A stretch of 64,000 nucleotides of DNA, from contig CAWCKY010000007.1 in the NCBI GenBank assembly GCA_963796275.1, forward strand, positions 832,001 through 896,000, given 5' to 3'. Source of the DNA: an uncultured Acidobacteriota bacterium (GTDB lineage Bacteria > Acidobacteriota > Blastocatellia > RBC074). The notes beneath the pieces are model-generated. The model saw only the letters and a list, made by a program, of their open reading frames with translations. It searched no databases and was not told the DNA's origin. This document shows, one piece after another, positions 31,632 through 43,301 of the stretch; the first letter of the stretch is position 1, and every line of letters begins with the position of its first letter. The position numbers and the translations under genes are program-made.

Positions 31632-32810
31632 TCACTGATTCGCGACAGCTTGATACAGCGACTGGATCAATTCCGCGCCAAATCGCCGGCGATCCTCGAT
31701 CGTAGGCAAGTGGCCGAGTTTCGCATTATGCTCGACCATTTGTTCCATCAGCATCCCGGGAACCTCTCGATCTTTCCAGAGACCTTGAATGACCGTCTTA
31801 CGACCTGCCTTATCTGGGCTTGTAGTCGGCGCAGTAACACGTAACGGCGAGGTCGGATTAAAGGAGGTCGTATCTCGCAAGAGCTGAAATACCCGTTGAA
31901 ATAGTTGGCGGTCATCAACCGCCTCGAGATACTCCCCACTCTCGGTATTGTGCATGGTGAGGAACAGATCGATGGGATGTCCGTCCCCTAGCCAATCAAA
32001 AACGGCTTTCCGCTGGGATGCGATCTCCGGCATTTTGGCGGGATCGACCGTGTCCCAATTCCGATTGAGATCGTATCCGTTATTGTTGAACCGCACGCCG
32101 CCGCGGGCAACGCCATCGGGATCGGCCATGGGAAATATCTTGATAATCGTGTGATCTCTGATTTTTGCCGCGCCCGGCTCGGGCGAGAGCAGAAAACGAA
32201 GAGCGCCGTCGCAAGCCCAGGAAGTGCCGCTCTCCCAGGAATGCTGCCGGAACATCAGCCAGATCACTCTCTTTCCAGTCGACGACGATTGCGGGTTAGT
32301 GATTGTAAGAAGCAGGATATCGCGCCCCTCCACCGTCTTACCGGCAACTTGCCGCCGCAAAAATTGGCTTCCTTTATATTTAGATAAAAGCGCTTCGAGG
32401 TTCGCATTCGTATAAGGCGGGGTATGGGCGATCCACATGCGTTGCTTTTCCGGCATGAAGGTCAGTCGCAATTCGACTCTTTCTTCATTCCATTCAACCT
32501 CGCGGTCACTAAAGTGTTTCCATGTGACGCCGTCATAGCTGTAAACAGGACGCGTACGTTTAGTAACCGCGTGAGCAGGCCGGTAATTATATTCGCCCAC
32601 CAAGTCAGTCAAATCGATGATAATTTTCGTTTTTGGCAGGTTCTCCAGGGCGAAATAATACCAATTAGCCTGCCGGTTACGGCGATCCTGATCCGATTCG
32701 CCTTTGACCGAGATGCGTAAATGCGTAGCTGAAATCTGTTCGACTTTTCCCGCGCTACCTCCGGGAAAATTCGTGAAGATTGAGATAGCCGCGATGACGA
32801 GAGCAATCAT
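31632..32810 (-). CDS. M14 family zinc carboxypeptidase
   Basis: RQHSWE (HxxE), DPDGV, DLNRNW, TMHN; ATGA-coupled to the upstream TBDR. Confidence 0.87.
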   Translation of the reverse strand: MIALVIAAISIFTNFPGGSAGKVEQISATHLRISVKGESDQDRRNRQANWYYFALENLPKTKIIIDLTDLVGEYNYRPAHAVTKRTRPVYSYDGVTWKHFSDREVEWNEERVELRLTFMPEKQRMWIAHTPPYTNANLEALLSKYKGSQFLRRQVAGKTVEGRDILLLTITNPQSSSTGKRVIWLMFRQHSWESGTSWACDGALRFLLSPEPGAAKIRDHTIIKIFPMADPDGVARGGVRFNNNGYDLNRNWDTVDPAKMPEIASQRKAVFDWLGDGHPIDLFLTMHNTESGEYLEAVDDRQLFQRVFQLLRDTTSFNPTSPLRVTAPTTSPDKAGRKTVIQGLWKDREVPGMLMEQMVEHNAKLGHLPTIEDRRRFGAELIQSLYQAVANQ

Positions 32811-35800
32811 CAGAACATCACCCGCAAAGAAAGTTGAATCACTCTTGGGCTGCGTGCAGAAGCGTAAGCGCCGAAATTGGGATCGATCTGTCTACCTGCG
32901 GTGTCGAAGCGCGCCGATGTGTAATAACTGGCGAATTGCGTATGGTTCCAGGCATTGAACGCCTCGGCTCGAAACTGAAGAAAACGTTTTTCCGAAAATA
33001 ATGGAATTCGTTTGGCGAGAGCGATATCCCAGTTGTTTATACCGGGTCCGCGCATGTAATTCACGCCGCCGTTGCCGAAGCTTCCGATCGGCGTGCGAGC
33101 AAAAGCTGCCGTATTGAAGTTCCGCAGGAAACTACGCTCGCTGCCGTCTAAATGTGGATCGCCGGCAACCGTAATACGGGCGCCTTCTTGAGTATCCGGT
33201 TATCTCCGCACCATCGACCGTTGAAAAAGAAGGAGTGAATGGCGCGCCGCTGGTAAACGATGTGATCCCACTGATTTGCCAGTTATCCAACACCCAGTGA
33301 GCCGGTTTCCATCTAACTCTTGAACCTATTTTTGGCAGATCATAAATGTAATTGATTACCAGATTATGCGTACGGTCGAACGATAGAAGACCGTAGTTGC
33401 GCAAGCGCGGTGAAAAGTAAGCGCTGATGGGATCGTCGTCTCCGCTTGCGACACCCAGCGCTTTTGAAAACGTATAGGCCAAACCAACCTGGAATCCACG
33501 AGCATAGCGACGAGATACCGCGACCTGGAGGGCATTGTAATTGGAAGTGCCGATCCATTCCGTCGACATCAAGTTTCCATAGCCGGCATATGGCCGGAAG
33601 AAATTATCCGGGAGCGGTCTTGTCGGTTGCGTCGGATCGGCGTTGTCAGGATCAAAACGGGAAAAGATCGGGATAGGATTGATATTTTTAGAAACCTGTA
33701 GATGCCGTGACAAGCTGCCGACATACGAGGCGTCCACAATAAATCCCTTTACTTCCTGCTGAATGCCGAGACTGAAGTTCATCGTGCTGGGCAATACGGC
33801 GCGGCCATACAGAATTGACAAGTTGGAGGGCCCGATCGCGCCAGCGCTTTGTCCATAGGTATCGAGATCCCCATAGTAGAGCGTCGGTGAATACGCTGTC
33901 GGAGGATTACCCAGGCTGTTACGAATCGGATTCGTCTGGCCGGTATCGTAGAACATCCCGAAGCCACCGCGTAATGCGGTCTTCCCGTTTCCAAAAACAT
34001 CGTAGGCAAAACCGAATCGCGGACCATATGCGATTCCCGGCCTGGCGATCAACGCCGTGGGATATCCATTCTTGCCCGCGGTCGCCATGCCGTTGGCAGG
34101 ATCTCCCGTACCAGGAATGTACTGACCGATGAGGGCGGAGTAGGTGCTCTCTCCAGTAATAGGATTGATAGCCACACGCTGACCGGCAGCGTTTTTGCCC
34201 GGCATATACAATATTGGCGCGTTGGCGGTATTGTAGAGGCTTGGATCGAAAGTCGAGACATTATGCGTCAGATCCTGCATCGGTAGCATGTTGTAAAGCC
34301 GCAATCCATAATTGAGGGTTAAACGCTTGGTCAGGCGCCAGGTATCCTGAACGTAATACTCGATGTTCCACATGCGGAAGCGTCCGAATGGCGCATTCGA
34401 GGCTTCTGTATATGAGTTAACGACTCCGAGAAGCGCATTCGAGAAGCTATTGTTGGTGTCGAATGGGTTGTTGGGATTTCGGCTGAAATCCAAAGCGCCC
34501 CGGTAATTTATATTCGATACCTGTTCGATTTGAGAGCGTTCCACATAGACACCCGCCTTGAACGTGTGAGATCCCCAAACCTTACTGAGATTATCGGTGA
34601 ACGTATAGCTCTTGATCAGGTAGTGGTTAGGAATAGCGGCAGTAAGAGTCGCCTGCACTGCGTTGGTCGGCTGGCCTCCGAGGATGATGTTAGGAATATA
34701 ATCGGATGCAGCCCCTGAATCAGAGTTCGGATACCATTGTGGAATATCGCCCAATGCCGATCGAGCGACGCGCGAAGGATCTTCGAAATCGAAATCGCGT
34801 AAGGTTCTGTTATATCCGAATATCGCTTCGTTCACTAAGGTGCTGGAGAAGGTCTTCATCGTGCGGACGAGGTGGCCCACGCCTGGATTCTGCACCACCA
34901 CCGGCGACAGTAGATAGTTGATGCTGCCGGTTTTCCAATCGCCCCAGGGCAGATATTTTTCATCTTTATCGTGCCCGAAGCGGTAGTACAACATGAGGGT
35001 TGGAGTCAGATTGGCATCCAACCGCAGAATATCGTTCCGGCGCGGTGTGTTTCCGCTATAAACTGAGCGATAGTTATATCGGTATCGGTTGGCTGGATCC
35101 GGGTCGGTGTAATTCGGGAGAGGAAAGAAATTCAGAATCCCTTGCCCTGTCGCGTTCAGTTTATCTTGCGGAATTATGTTGTCGGGGAATGCTTCGAGGG
35201 TATTGGGATCACGAATGACAATCAGCCTGCCGTCCACATCTCTACTTTGCGAGAAGTCTCCATTGCGTTCCGCGGCGGTCGGAACATTCAAAAATTTTGC
35301 CCCATAGTCTCTCTTAATCCCCGTGTATTCCTGAGAGAAAAAGAAGAAGAACTTCTCTCTCTCTCTGTTGAACAGCTTCGGTATGTAGATCGGACCTCCG
35401 ATACTATATCCCGTCACACGATATCGATAAGGGGATTTCGGTGTTCCGGTTCTGTTATTGAAAAAGTTGTTCGCGTTGAGACTCTCGTGACGGTAGTAGT
35501 TATAAGCAGACCCGTGAAAATCGCGGCTGCCTGACTTTGTGATCACGGTGACCGAACCGCCGCTATTGCGGCCGTACTCGGCTTGATAGTTACTGGTCAG
35601 GACTTTCACTTCTTCGATCGAATCCATATTCGGAATAAATGACACGCTCTGGTTCGATCCGACATCCATGGCCGTAATGCCATCGACGGAAAAATTCTTC
35701 TGGTTATCCCGAGCTCCATTAATAAAGGTCCCCCCGTTTGCTGCGTTCGTGGTGCTATCACGCACATCCTTCGTATCCACTACACCCGGAATGGTCGAAA

Positions 35801-36329
35801 GAAATGCAAAAAAATCGCGCCCTTTCAGCGCGATGTTATTCAGTTGAGTCCCTGTCACAGTACCTGAACGTTCAGCGCTCATCAGTTGTACGGAGGACTG
35901 ATCCGCCGTCACACTGACGGATTCCCGAAGGTCTCCAATCGGTAGAGTAATATTGCCGAGAGCGCGAGTCTCGCTGGATGTCACTGGAATATTCTTCAAT
36001 TCGAGCGCATTGAATCCGGCGGCCCGCATCGTGAGCTTGTATGTTCCGGCAAAGACCGTGGGGAAGGTAAAAGTCCCTGAAGAACCCGATTTTGCGTTCA
36101 ACATAAGGCCGGTGGCCTCGTTCATCAATACGCAGTCGGCATCCGGGATAGGCGCACCGGAACTGTCTATCACGGTTCCGGAAACGGAACTCGAAATATT
36201 CTGTGCAAACAGGATGACGCAACAGATGAGCATCCACGCCAATATCGGAAACGTTTTCAACAGCGAGGCGGCTAAGCTTGGGACCGCAGACAGCGCCAGC
36301 GACCGGGAGCCATTTGAAAGCGCTTTCAT
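32810..36329 (-). CDS. TonB-dependent receptor, Oar-like (+1 frameshift at ~33193)
   Basis: ORFs 33132..36329 and 32810..33064 join on deleting one base (ITGSQEGARITVAGDP..GNGGVNYMRGPG..PRVIQLSLRVMF). Confidence 0.9.
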
Positions 36330-36634
36330 AATTCCTCCGGCAAACTTTTGAATTAGTTGTGGATCAAGATTAGGTGCTCTTGATGGCTTCCCGCATCTGC
36401 GGTTACCGTGCGAACTTGATTTAGTGAAGGTTCACACTCATATTTTTTTTAAGATGCAGCATCATGTCATATCCGACTAGCGAGTCAAGGAAAGTGCAGA
36501 AAAATATGTAAAATATCATCCATAATTGCTGTTGTCAGGCATTATTGCGGTATCAGAGTGCGGAATCCCGACCGATTACGAGGTTCGCGGAACCGGCTCC
36601 AGTAAACCAATTTGGTCATCAGAATAAGTTGTGC

Positions 36635-36795
36635 ATGCCTTTAACTCTGAGCCATCCGGCTGCCATCATTCCTCTTGCCCGGCAGGGGCTGGTATTCTCA
36701 GCTCTGGTCGTTGATAGTATAAGTCCTGACTTCCTTTACTTCATTAACCTGTCTCCGCGCGGGCAATTTGGCCACACGCTGCCTGGATTTGTTGA
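36635..36795 (+). pseudogene. Truncated DUF4184-like gene (5' fragment)
   Basis: MPLTLSHPAAIIPL..SALVVDSISPDFLYF..GHTLPG, then an abrupt switch to IS66 sequence. Confidence 0.65.
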
Positions 36796-38359
36796 TCTGG
36801 TCTTATTCGCTATCGCCGGCAATTATGTTGGGCGCATCTGAAGCGAGAATTTGAGGCGATCAAACAGCGCGGGGGAACTTCAGCCGAGATTGGGGAGAAA
36901 TTGCTGGAGCAGGTTAAAGCGCTCTTTGATCTCTGGCGTCAACTGCGAGCTGGGAGCCTGAGCCGGAAGGCGTTTGATCAGGAGATGAAGTCGGTGCAAT
37001 CTCAGGTCAAGGGACTGGTCGAGATAGGCGCAACCTGCGAGCAGGCCAAGACGCGGCGGACGTGCGAAAACCTGCTCAAACACGAGGTCTCATTGTGGAC
37101 CTTCGTCCGCGAGGCAGGCGTGGAACCGACCAATAATGACGCCGAACGGCCCTTGCGGCGGGCAGTGCTGTGGCGACGCAAATCATTCGGGACGCAGAGC
37201 GAAAGTGGCAGTCGATTTGTGGAGCGGATCCTGACGGTGGTCACCAGCCTGCGGCAACAAGGTCGAGATGTGCTGCAGTATCTGACCTCAGCCTGTGCTG
37301 CTCTCACTCAGGAGAGTGGCTCGATCTGCCTTCTCCCTGATTCCTGAGTGGTCAATTCCAGAGGGCTCACTTGCATATAAAAACTTCTTCCATCTTGCTT
37401 TTTCTTCTCAGCCCGCTGTTTCTGGTTGGCTGCTCAAGGAGTATACAGTCGCCTGTTGTTGCTAATAAGCCTACCGGCTCCTTCCACCTCTACAAATCGC
37501 TTGACCAGGGCTACTCGTGGGCAGAGGCCGGGAGAGGCCTGCCGCAGTCGGCAAGGATCAATTCTCTATTTATTGGGGGCACCACCGCCTACGCTGGCAC
37601 AGACGCCGGCATCTTCATTTCGACCGATGATGGGCAGACGTGGTCAGAGAGCCCCCTGTTACCTGCCGCCCGCGTCCAGTGCATCACTGCAGTGGGACAA
37701 CAGGTGTTTGCAGGGACGAGGCAAGCGGGCGTGTTCGTATCCAAAGATAGTGGCCGCTCCTGGCGTCAGCTTGCCCGTGGCTTGACTGATCTGAATGTCC
37801 GGTCGTTGGTTAACCTTGGGCCTGAGGTATATGCGGGTACTGATGAGCAGGGTGTGTTTGTACTCGCGAGAGGAGCCGAGTCTTGGGATCAGTTCGGACG
37901 CGGGTTACCTGAACACTCACAAGTTTTCGACCTGGCGGTCAGCGGCCCGTCTGTCTACGCCGCCCTTTATAGCAAGGGCCTCTACCGCCTCAACTCCGGC
38001 GGCGAGCAGTGGACGAAGGTGGGGCAAGTGACGCCGCTCGAATTTCTCGTGCAGGGCACAACGCTGCTGGCTGGCTACAACCCGGGAGGCGTGTACCGCT
38101 CTGTTGACGGCGGAGCGACGTGGAATCGCGCTAGCGGCATATCCAGTGAAGCACCGATTTGGGTCCTGGGTAGTACCGGCTCAAATCTACTTGCAGGAAC
38201 CTCACCAGGAGCCGTCTCCCTGAGCAGTGACCTGGGGGCGAGCTGGCAACCAAGCGCCGCCGGGTTGCCTTCAGGAGTAGCGGTTGTCGCACTTAGTGCA
38301 AATAAAACCTACACTCTGGCAGCCATTTCGAAATAAGGAGCATGCACCTGAACGGTTAC
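36796..38359 (+). mobile_element. IS66-family remnant: transposase 3' part, passenger gene and probable right inverted repeat
   Basis: RQLCWAHLKREF (from ~36811), VEPTNNDAERPLRRAVLWRRKSFGTQS, stop at 37347; CCTGAACGGTTAC at 38347-38359 (reverse complement begins GTAA, as IS66 ends do). Confidence 0.8.
37371..38336 (+). CDS. BNR/Asp-box repeat beta-propeller lipoprotein
   Basis: Lipobox LVGC; repeats SLDQGYSW, STDDGQTW, SKDSGRSW, SVDGGATW, SSDLGASW. Confidence 0.82.
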   Translation: MHIKTSSILLFLLSPLFLVGCSRSIQSPVVANKPTGSFHLYKSLDQGYSWAEAGRGLPQSARINSLFIGGTTAYAGTDAGIFISTDDGQTWSESPLLPAARVQCITAVGQQVFAGTRQAGVFVSKDSGRSWRQLARGLTDLNVRSLVNLGPEVYAGTDEQGVFVLARGAESWDQFGRGLPEHSQVFDLAVSGPSVYAALYSKGLYRLNSGGEQWTKVGQVTPLEFLVQGTTLLAGYNPGGVYRSVDGGATWNRASGISSEAPIWVLGSTGSNLLAGTSPGAVSLSSDLGASWQPSAAGLPSGVAVVALSANKTYTLAAISK

Positions 38360-38566
38360 AGAGTGGTCATGGAACACGTGAGTCTGATAACGGACTAATG
38401 GTCCATACTCCTCTCCAGAGGTCCAAGAAAATAGTAGGATAGAGAACACTCGCAGAGAGATTTTTTGGAGTCGAACTGGATCGGGTGGCCACGATCGAAT
38501 AGGTTCACTGTGCCATAGAGCCGTGAATTCGAGCGTGCCACCCAATCAGACTGCAGTCATCACGTT

Positions 38567-41500
38567 TCACTTGCGACGTGACGTTGTCGCGGTACTGGTA
38601 CTACCCTGCGTCCGCGTTTGCTGGTCGTGAGTAGTCGGTATGGTGACCGTCACCGAGAAGTTTCTGACGGTTGTCGACCCGTCCTGTCTGGTCCCTTTGA
38701 TCCAGACGGTCGTGATCCCGATCGGGAAGAACGAACCGGAAGGAGGATCGCTGGTCACCACGCCGCAGCTTCCCGCGAAGGTTGGCGCCGGATAATTGAC
38801 GAAGGCGCCGCTCAGGCCCGGGGTCCTGTTCACGAGAATGTTTGCCACTCTGTTCAGTGTACAGGGCGAATTGCAGCAGGACGGATCAGTAGTAGTGACG
38901 TTCAACTGCCACCCACCGTTGATATTCCCGATGTCACCGCCCGCGTCGTCAGCCGCAAACAGGTTCCACGTCCCATTGGGATTCAGGGCGTTGAAGATCG
39001 AGAGCAGTTGCGGGTCGGGATACGGCCCGGTGGGCGCCGGGGCAGGGAAGAGATCGCCCGCTCCGATGTTTGTCGGTCTGAACATCCCTGAAACTACGGT
39101 TCCACCGATCTCCGACGCCGCATCATCGAGCGTTAAGTTGATGTTGACGGCGTCTGTGCCGCCTCCCGCGTCGGACATCAGGAGCAGTTTCTGCCCTCCC
39201 GGCCCGACCAGCAGAACGTCTACGTCGCTGGGAAAAGTATGATTGAAGTCGAAGAGGTTCGCCGTCACCTTGCTTATCGTACCGGTGACGCCTGAGACCT
39301 CAATGGATGACGGATAAGGATTGGCCGGCGCTCCCGTTCCGGCGCCTGTGCCGGTCCCCGGGATGAGGATCGAGGCGAGGTTGGAGAACGACGATGTGGC
39401 GGAAATCGTCGAGCCGACCCTCATGGTGAAGTTCACCGTGCCGAGACTCATCGCGCCGTCCTGCAGCGCCAGGGTCGCCGTGAGATTGCCGCCGCAGACC
39501 CCGGCAGCCGTGAAGGTGAAGGGCCGGGCGACCGCCGGACCGCCCGGAATCAGGACTCCGTAAGCCTGCGGGGCGCTCGGCGCGAGGACCCCGCCGCCGG
39601 CGAGCAGCGTGGCGGTCAGGTTGGTGGTATTGCCCGTGCCGATGTTCAGGAGCGGGAAGGCGGCCGTCACGGTCTCGTCCGCATCGGGCGCGCCGTTGCC
39701 GGGAGCGCAACTCTCGTTGGTCACCGTGACGGGCGGCGCCGCCTGCATCTCAGGCGTCCCGGGCACGCCGCAGCAGGCGAACCGCTGGCGGGAGATTTCG
39801 AGTGTGACGCACCCGACCGTCCCGACATCCGCGGGCCCGACGTCCGCTATTCTCAAGATCCAGGTCCCGGATACGGGCTTGCCGTTGAAGGCCGATAACG
39901 GCGAGTCGGGTCTGAAGGGGCCCGCAAAGGGAGCCGCGCCCGCGCCGATCGCGATCAGCGCCGAATCATCAAAGACCGTCGGGGTGCCCGAACAATCGTT
40001 CGCCCCCGATCCGAAGTTGTCGCCGTTGCCCCCGCGGTTATTGGCGAGCGCGACCGCCGTCCCGTCCGGTCCGATCAGCGTCATCACCAGGTCGCCGTCG
40101 AAGGTGTGGTTCAAACGAAGCCTGAGGTTGACATCCGCCACCGCGCCGACATCAGTCACGTTGATCGGGATGTCCAGCGTGCCGAGGTCGGGAATCGACG
40201 TTGCGATATTGCCGCTGCTGTAATTGGTGGTGAGGGTGACCACCGGTCGGCCGACCTGCAGGTTGAAAGTCCTGGTCACTGTACCGAAGCTGCTGGTGAT
40301 GTCCACGGTCACCGGCAATTGGCTTCCGCAGTCGGCGTCCGGCGGGACGGTGAAGGGAACGCCGCGCGAGGCCGTCGCTCCGCCCGGAATGTCACCGTAG
40401 CTGATCGGGCTGCCGCCGTTTACCGAGATGGTCACCTCGCTCGCCCCCACCGAGCAGAACGGATTGCTGAGCGGGATGTTCAGCGTCAGCGTTTCGCCCG
40501 GATCGGCGAATCCGTCGGGCGGCGGGCAGGAATCGTCCGTTATCGTCACCGCGCCCACATTTAGATTGGGCGTGTCGAAAGCCTCGACCACCGAGGGCGA
40601 GCTGGAAGAGATAGCGCTGGCGCTGGCGCCCATGCCGCGGGCGGCGAATCCGCTCCAGATGTCCAGTTCATCCTCACCGCCGAAGGCGCTGCAGCTCGCG
40701 CTCAGGATGGAATCGCGCGCCTGCAGCATGGTCGGATTTGCCGGATCGAGCTTCATCCCGTCCGTCACCAGTTGCAGCGCACGCTGGTTGCCGGCGGCGA
40801 ATCCCATGCGGTCGACAATCCGCGCGCGCACTTCCCACAAAGCGGAGCACCAGACCTCGCCGATGTTGTGCACCTGGAAGGCGGTGCCGGAACCGATCGG
40901 CCCGCGCGGGAAAGCGCCGTCGGTGAGATTGATCTGGGCCGGGTCGATGTCGGCGAAGGTCAGCGGATTGTGGGGCCTGCCGTTGGGCCCGACCGTCGAG
41001 ATCGTCGCGTGCGGGAATCGCCGAATGCCGTAGTAATAATTGTCGGTAAATCCAGCCACTATCCCGAGGGTCGAATATCCGCCCATGGCGTATATCCCGT
41101 GCGGATCATCGCCCGGCCGAGACAGGAGCGAGAGCGCGTAGAAATCCGACCATCCCTCACCCATTCCGCCCGACATCGGAGCGTTCAGACCCGCGCCGTT
41201 ATTGTGCAGGCGATTGGATGTGCCGTGCGTCAGTTCGTGGATGATGATCTCCTGGTCGAGCCCCGAGGAACGGTCCGGATCCGCGCCGTTGAAGATGTAC
41301 ATCTGCATGCGCCCCGACGACCCGTCAGGCGGGGTCGAGAAGTTGGCATTGCTGGTGCCGGAGAAATCCTGCCCCTGGGCCAGGACGCGGTCATTGCCGA
41401 GCCCGCCCCGGCCGAAATTGTCCAGCTGGAAGTTGCGCGCCGCTTCGGTGAAACCGAGCTCGTAGAGCCGGTCGTGATAGCGGTTGACCCAGAAGAACAT

Positions 41501-42784
41501 ATTGACGGCTTCGCCCAAACGGTAGGCGGGCAGAGTCGGAGAGTCGCCCGGGGGCGGAATGCCCGGCGCGGGATTGTAAATGAAGTCGAAGACGCGATCG
41601 GGCGAGCCGATGGGACGCCCGTCCGCATCGATGCCGTCTGGCGCGACCAGGTCCATGCCGGAGTCCACATTATTGCCGGTCGTCGTATTGGCGCCGTCGG
41701 TGAGCCATCCCAGATTGTTGAACTCACCCTCGCTGATCAGCGTGAGTGAAGTCCGTGGGATAGCCGCGCCCTGAGTGCCCGAGCCTGGCAGCGCGGTTGT
41801 CGGCGAGAGCGGGGCCGGGCTCCTCCCATCGTAGATCACGTAGGTGGCGGGTTGCGTCTGATCACTGGTGATGTTCTTACGCCACAAAAGCTCCCCCTGT
41901 TCGGCGTCCACCAGCGTATAGTAGGCCGGCGTTTCCTGCCACAACACCATCGACCAGGCCAGGGTGGCCAATCCCGCGTCCAGCGGGAAGTATTGCAATT
42001 CGACCGCGACATCGCCGGTGAGCCCTCCGGTAGGATGAAAAACGACGGTCCGGCCGTCCGGGGACGACTCTTTTACGGCCAACTGGTCCTCGGTCAAAGT
42101 GAGGCCGACCGAAGCCGCGGCGGCCACCACGGCCTGGGCCGCGCTGATCCGCGGAGTAATCGCCAAGTCCTCCTCCGCCGGTCCGCCCGTGACTTCTCCC
42201 ACCACCCGCACGAGCTCGCCGCCGCTGGTGAAGGCAGCCACCACCTCGCCTCGGAATACCCGCATCCCATTCCACCGCTGTTCCATCTTCACCCACGAAA
42301 GCCTGCCGTTCGGATTGGTGTAATCGGCGATCTTCCTGAGGCTATTCAATTGACGCGGGCTCATCCCGAACATATCGGCGTTATCGCTGATGAATCCGCG
42401 CATGATGTTCTCGCGCGGCTGCTGGGAGCGCGCGGTCAATGATCGGCGGCCTTTGCCCCTCATTTCGACGACTTCAGGAGAGTTGGTCAGGCTGGAGATG
42501 GCTGCTTGCAGTCCCGGCACGCTCCCGGATTTTCTCCCTCGGGCGCTCGTCATCACCTGCTTGAGGTGGGCGTTCTTCTCCCTCTGCCTCGAAGAAAATT
42601 TTTCCAGACGCCGCTCTAACCTCGTGACGGCGTCTTTGGTGGTTTGGTCGCGAATATCGAAGTTCTCTTTTGCGACATCGATGGCGGCGGGCCCGGCCGC
42701 CTGCATCAGGAAATCCCGGAACAGAGTTGAAGCCATTAGTGCGACGACGATAGCCGCACAAATCCACAGGGAGGTTTTTTTCAT
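38567..42784 (-). CDS. M36 (fungalysin) metallopeptidase with propeptide, two proprotein-convertase P-domains and a C-terminal HYR-like domain
   Basis: HELTHG, GMGEGWSD, GIRRFP, VHNIGEVW; two HTF..D..L.GP.G P-domain repeats; GSFFPIGITTV. Confidence 0.9.
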   Translation of the reverse strand: MKKTSLWICAAIVVALMASTLFRDFLMQAAGPAAIDVAKENFDIRDQTTKDAVTRLERRLEKFSSRQREKNAHLKQVMTSARGRKSGSVPGLQAAISSLTNSPEVVEMRGKGRRSLTARSQQPRENIMRGFISDNADMFGMSPRQLNSLRKIADYTNPNGRLSWVKMEQRWNGMRVFRGEVVAAFTSGGELVRVVGEVTGGPAEEDLAITPRISAAQAVVAAAASVGLTLTEDQLAVKESSPDGRTVVFHPTGGLTGDVAVELQYFPLDAGLATLAWSMVLWQETPAYYTLVDAEQGELLWRKNITSDQTQPATYVIYDGRSPAPLSPTTALPGSGTQGAAIPRTSLTLISEGEFNNLGWLTDGANTTTGNNVDSGMDLVAPDGIDADGRPIGSPDRVFDFIYNPAPGIPPPGDSPTLPAYRLGEAVNMFFWVNRYHDRLYELGFTEAARNFQLDNFGRGGLGNDRVLAQGQDFSGTSNANFSTPPDGSSGRMQMYIFNGADPDRSSGLDQEIIIHELTHGTSNRLHNNGAGLNAPMSGGMGEGWSDFYALSLLSRPGDDPHGIYAMGGYSTLGIVAGFTDNYYYGIRRFPHATISTVGPNGRPHNPLTFADIDPAQINLTDGAFPRGPIGSGTAFQVHNIGEVWCSALWEVRARIVDRMGFAAGNQRALQLVTDGMKLDPANPTMLQARDSILSASCSAFGGEDELDIWSGFAARGMGASASAISSSSPSVVEAFDTPNLNVGAVTITDDSCPPPDGFADPGETLTLNIPLSNPFCSVGASEVTISVNGGSPISYGDIPGGATASRGVPFTVPPDADCGSQLPVTVDITSSFGTVTRTFNLQVGRPVVTLTTNYSSGNIATSIPDLGTLDIPINVTDVGAVADVNLRLRLNHTFDGDLVMTLIGPDGTAVALANNRGGNGDNFGSGANDCSGTPTVFDDSALIAIGAGAAPFAGPFRPDSPLSAFNGKPVSGTWILRIADVGPADVGTVGCVTLEISRQRFACCGVPGTPEMQAAPPVTVTNESCAPGNGAPDADETVTAAFPLLNIGTGNTTNLTATLLAGGGVLAPSAPQAYGVLIPGGPAVARPFTFTAAGVCGGNLTATLALQDGAMSLGTVNFTMRVGSTISATSSFSNLASILIPGTGTGAGTGAPANPYPSSIEVSGVTGTISKVTANLFDFNHTFPSDVDVLLVGPGGQKLLLMSDAGGGTDAVNINLTLDDAASEIGGTVVSGMFRPTNIGAGDLFPAPAPTGPYPDPQLLSIFNALNPNGTWNLFAADDAGGDIGNINGGWQLNVTTTDPSCCNSPCTLNRVANILVNRTPGLSGAFVNYPAPTFAGSCGVVTSDPPSGSFFPIGITTVWIKGTRQDGSTTVRNFSVTVTIPTTHDQQTRTQGSTSTATTSRRK

Positions 42785-43301
42785 TTGTAAATGTCTCTCC
42801 TTTTTGGTTGAGGATGGGAAGATATAGGTTCAACGAGACGGTTAAGCCGGAAATCGCGTGAAACTTCCGCCAACTCGCCAAATGGCAAGCGAGCGGATTG
42901 CGCCCGGAGAACAGAATTTGTGTAATAGAAAAAGAGCCTGCCTGAACTTCAGGCGACGACGATGCTTACTTAAACTGCATAGCTGATGAAGATAGTGAGC
43001 TGCTGAGCAATCTATCCGGAAGTTTTTACCGATAAAATTGTTGGCAAATGCCGCGGCTTATCGAGAAATTTACTGCGAGCGCAATCTAAAGGTTGCTACT
43101 TGTACTTGTCAATGGCTTGGACATCCTTCAACAAAAAGTATTCGATTTTTCACATTTTTACATTTTTAAGTCGACACGTTATTGTCGCTGCAGGTGCGGT
43201 TCCGCACGCGACGCAATGCAGGCATTAGGTGCAGGAGTAGCTAAATATGCTGGGCTATTGCATCAGGAAAGATGAAGAAATGCGAGTTGCGTCTGCGTGG
43301 G

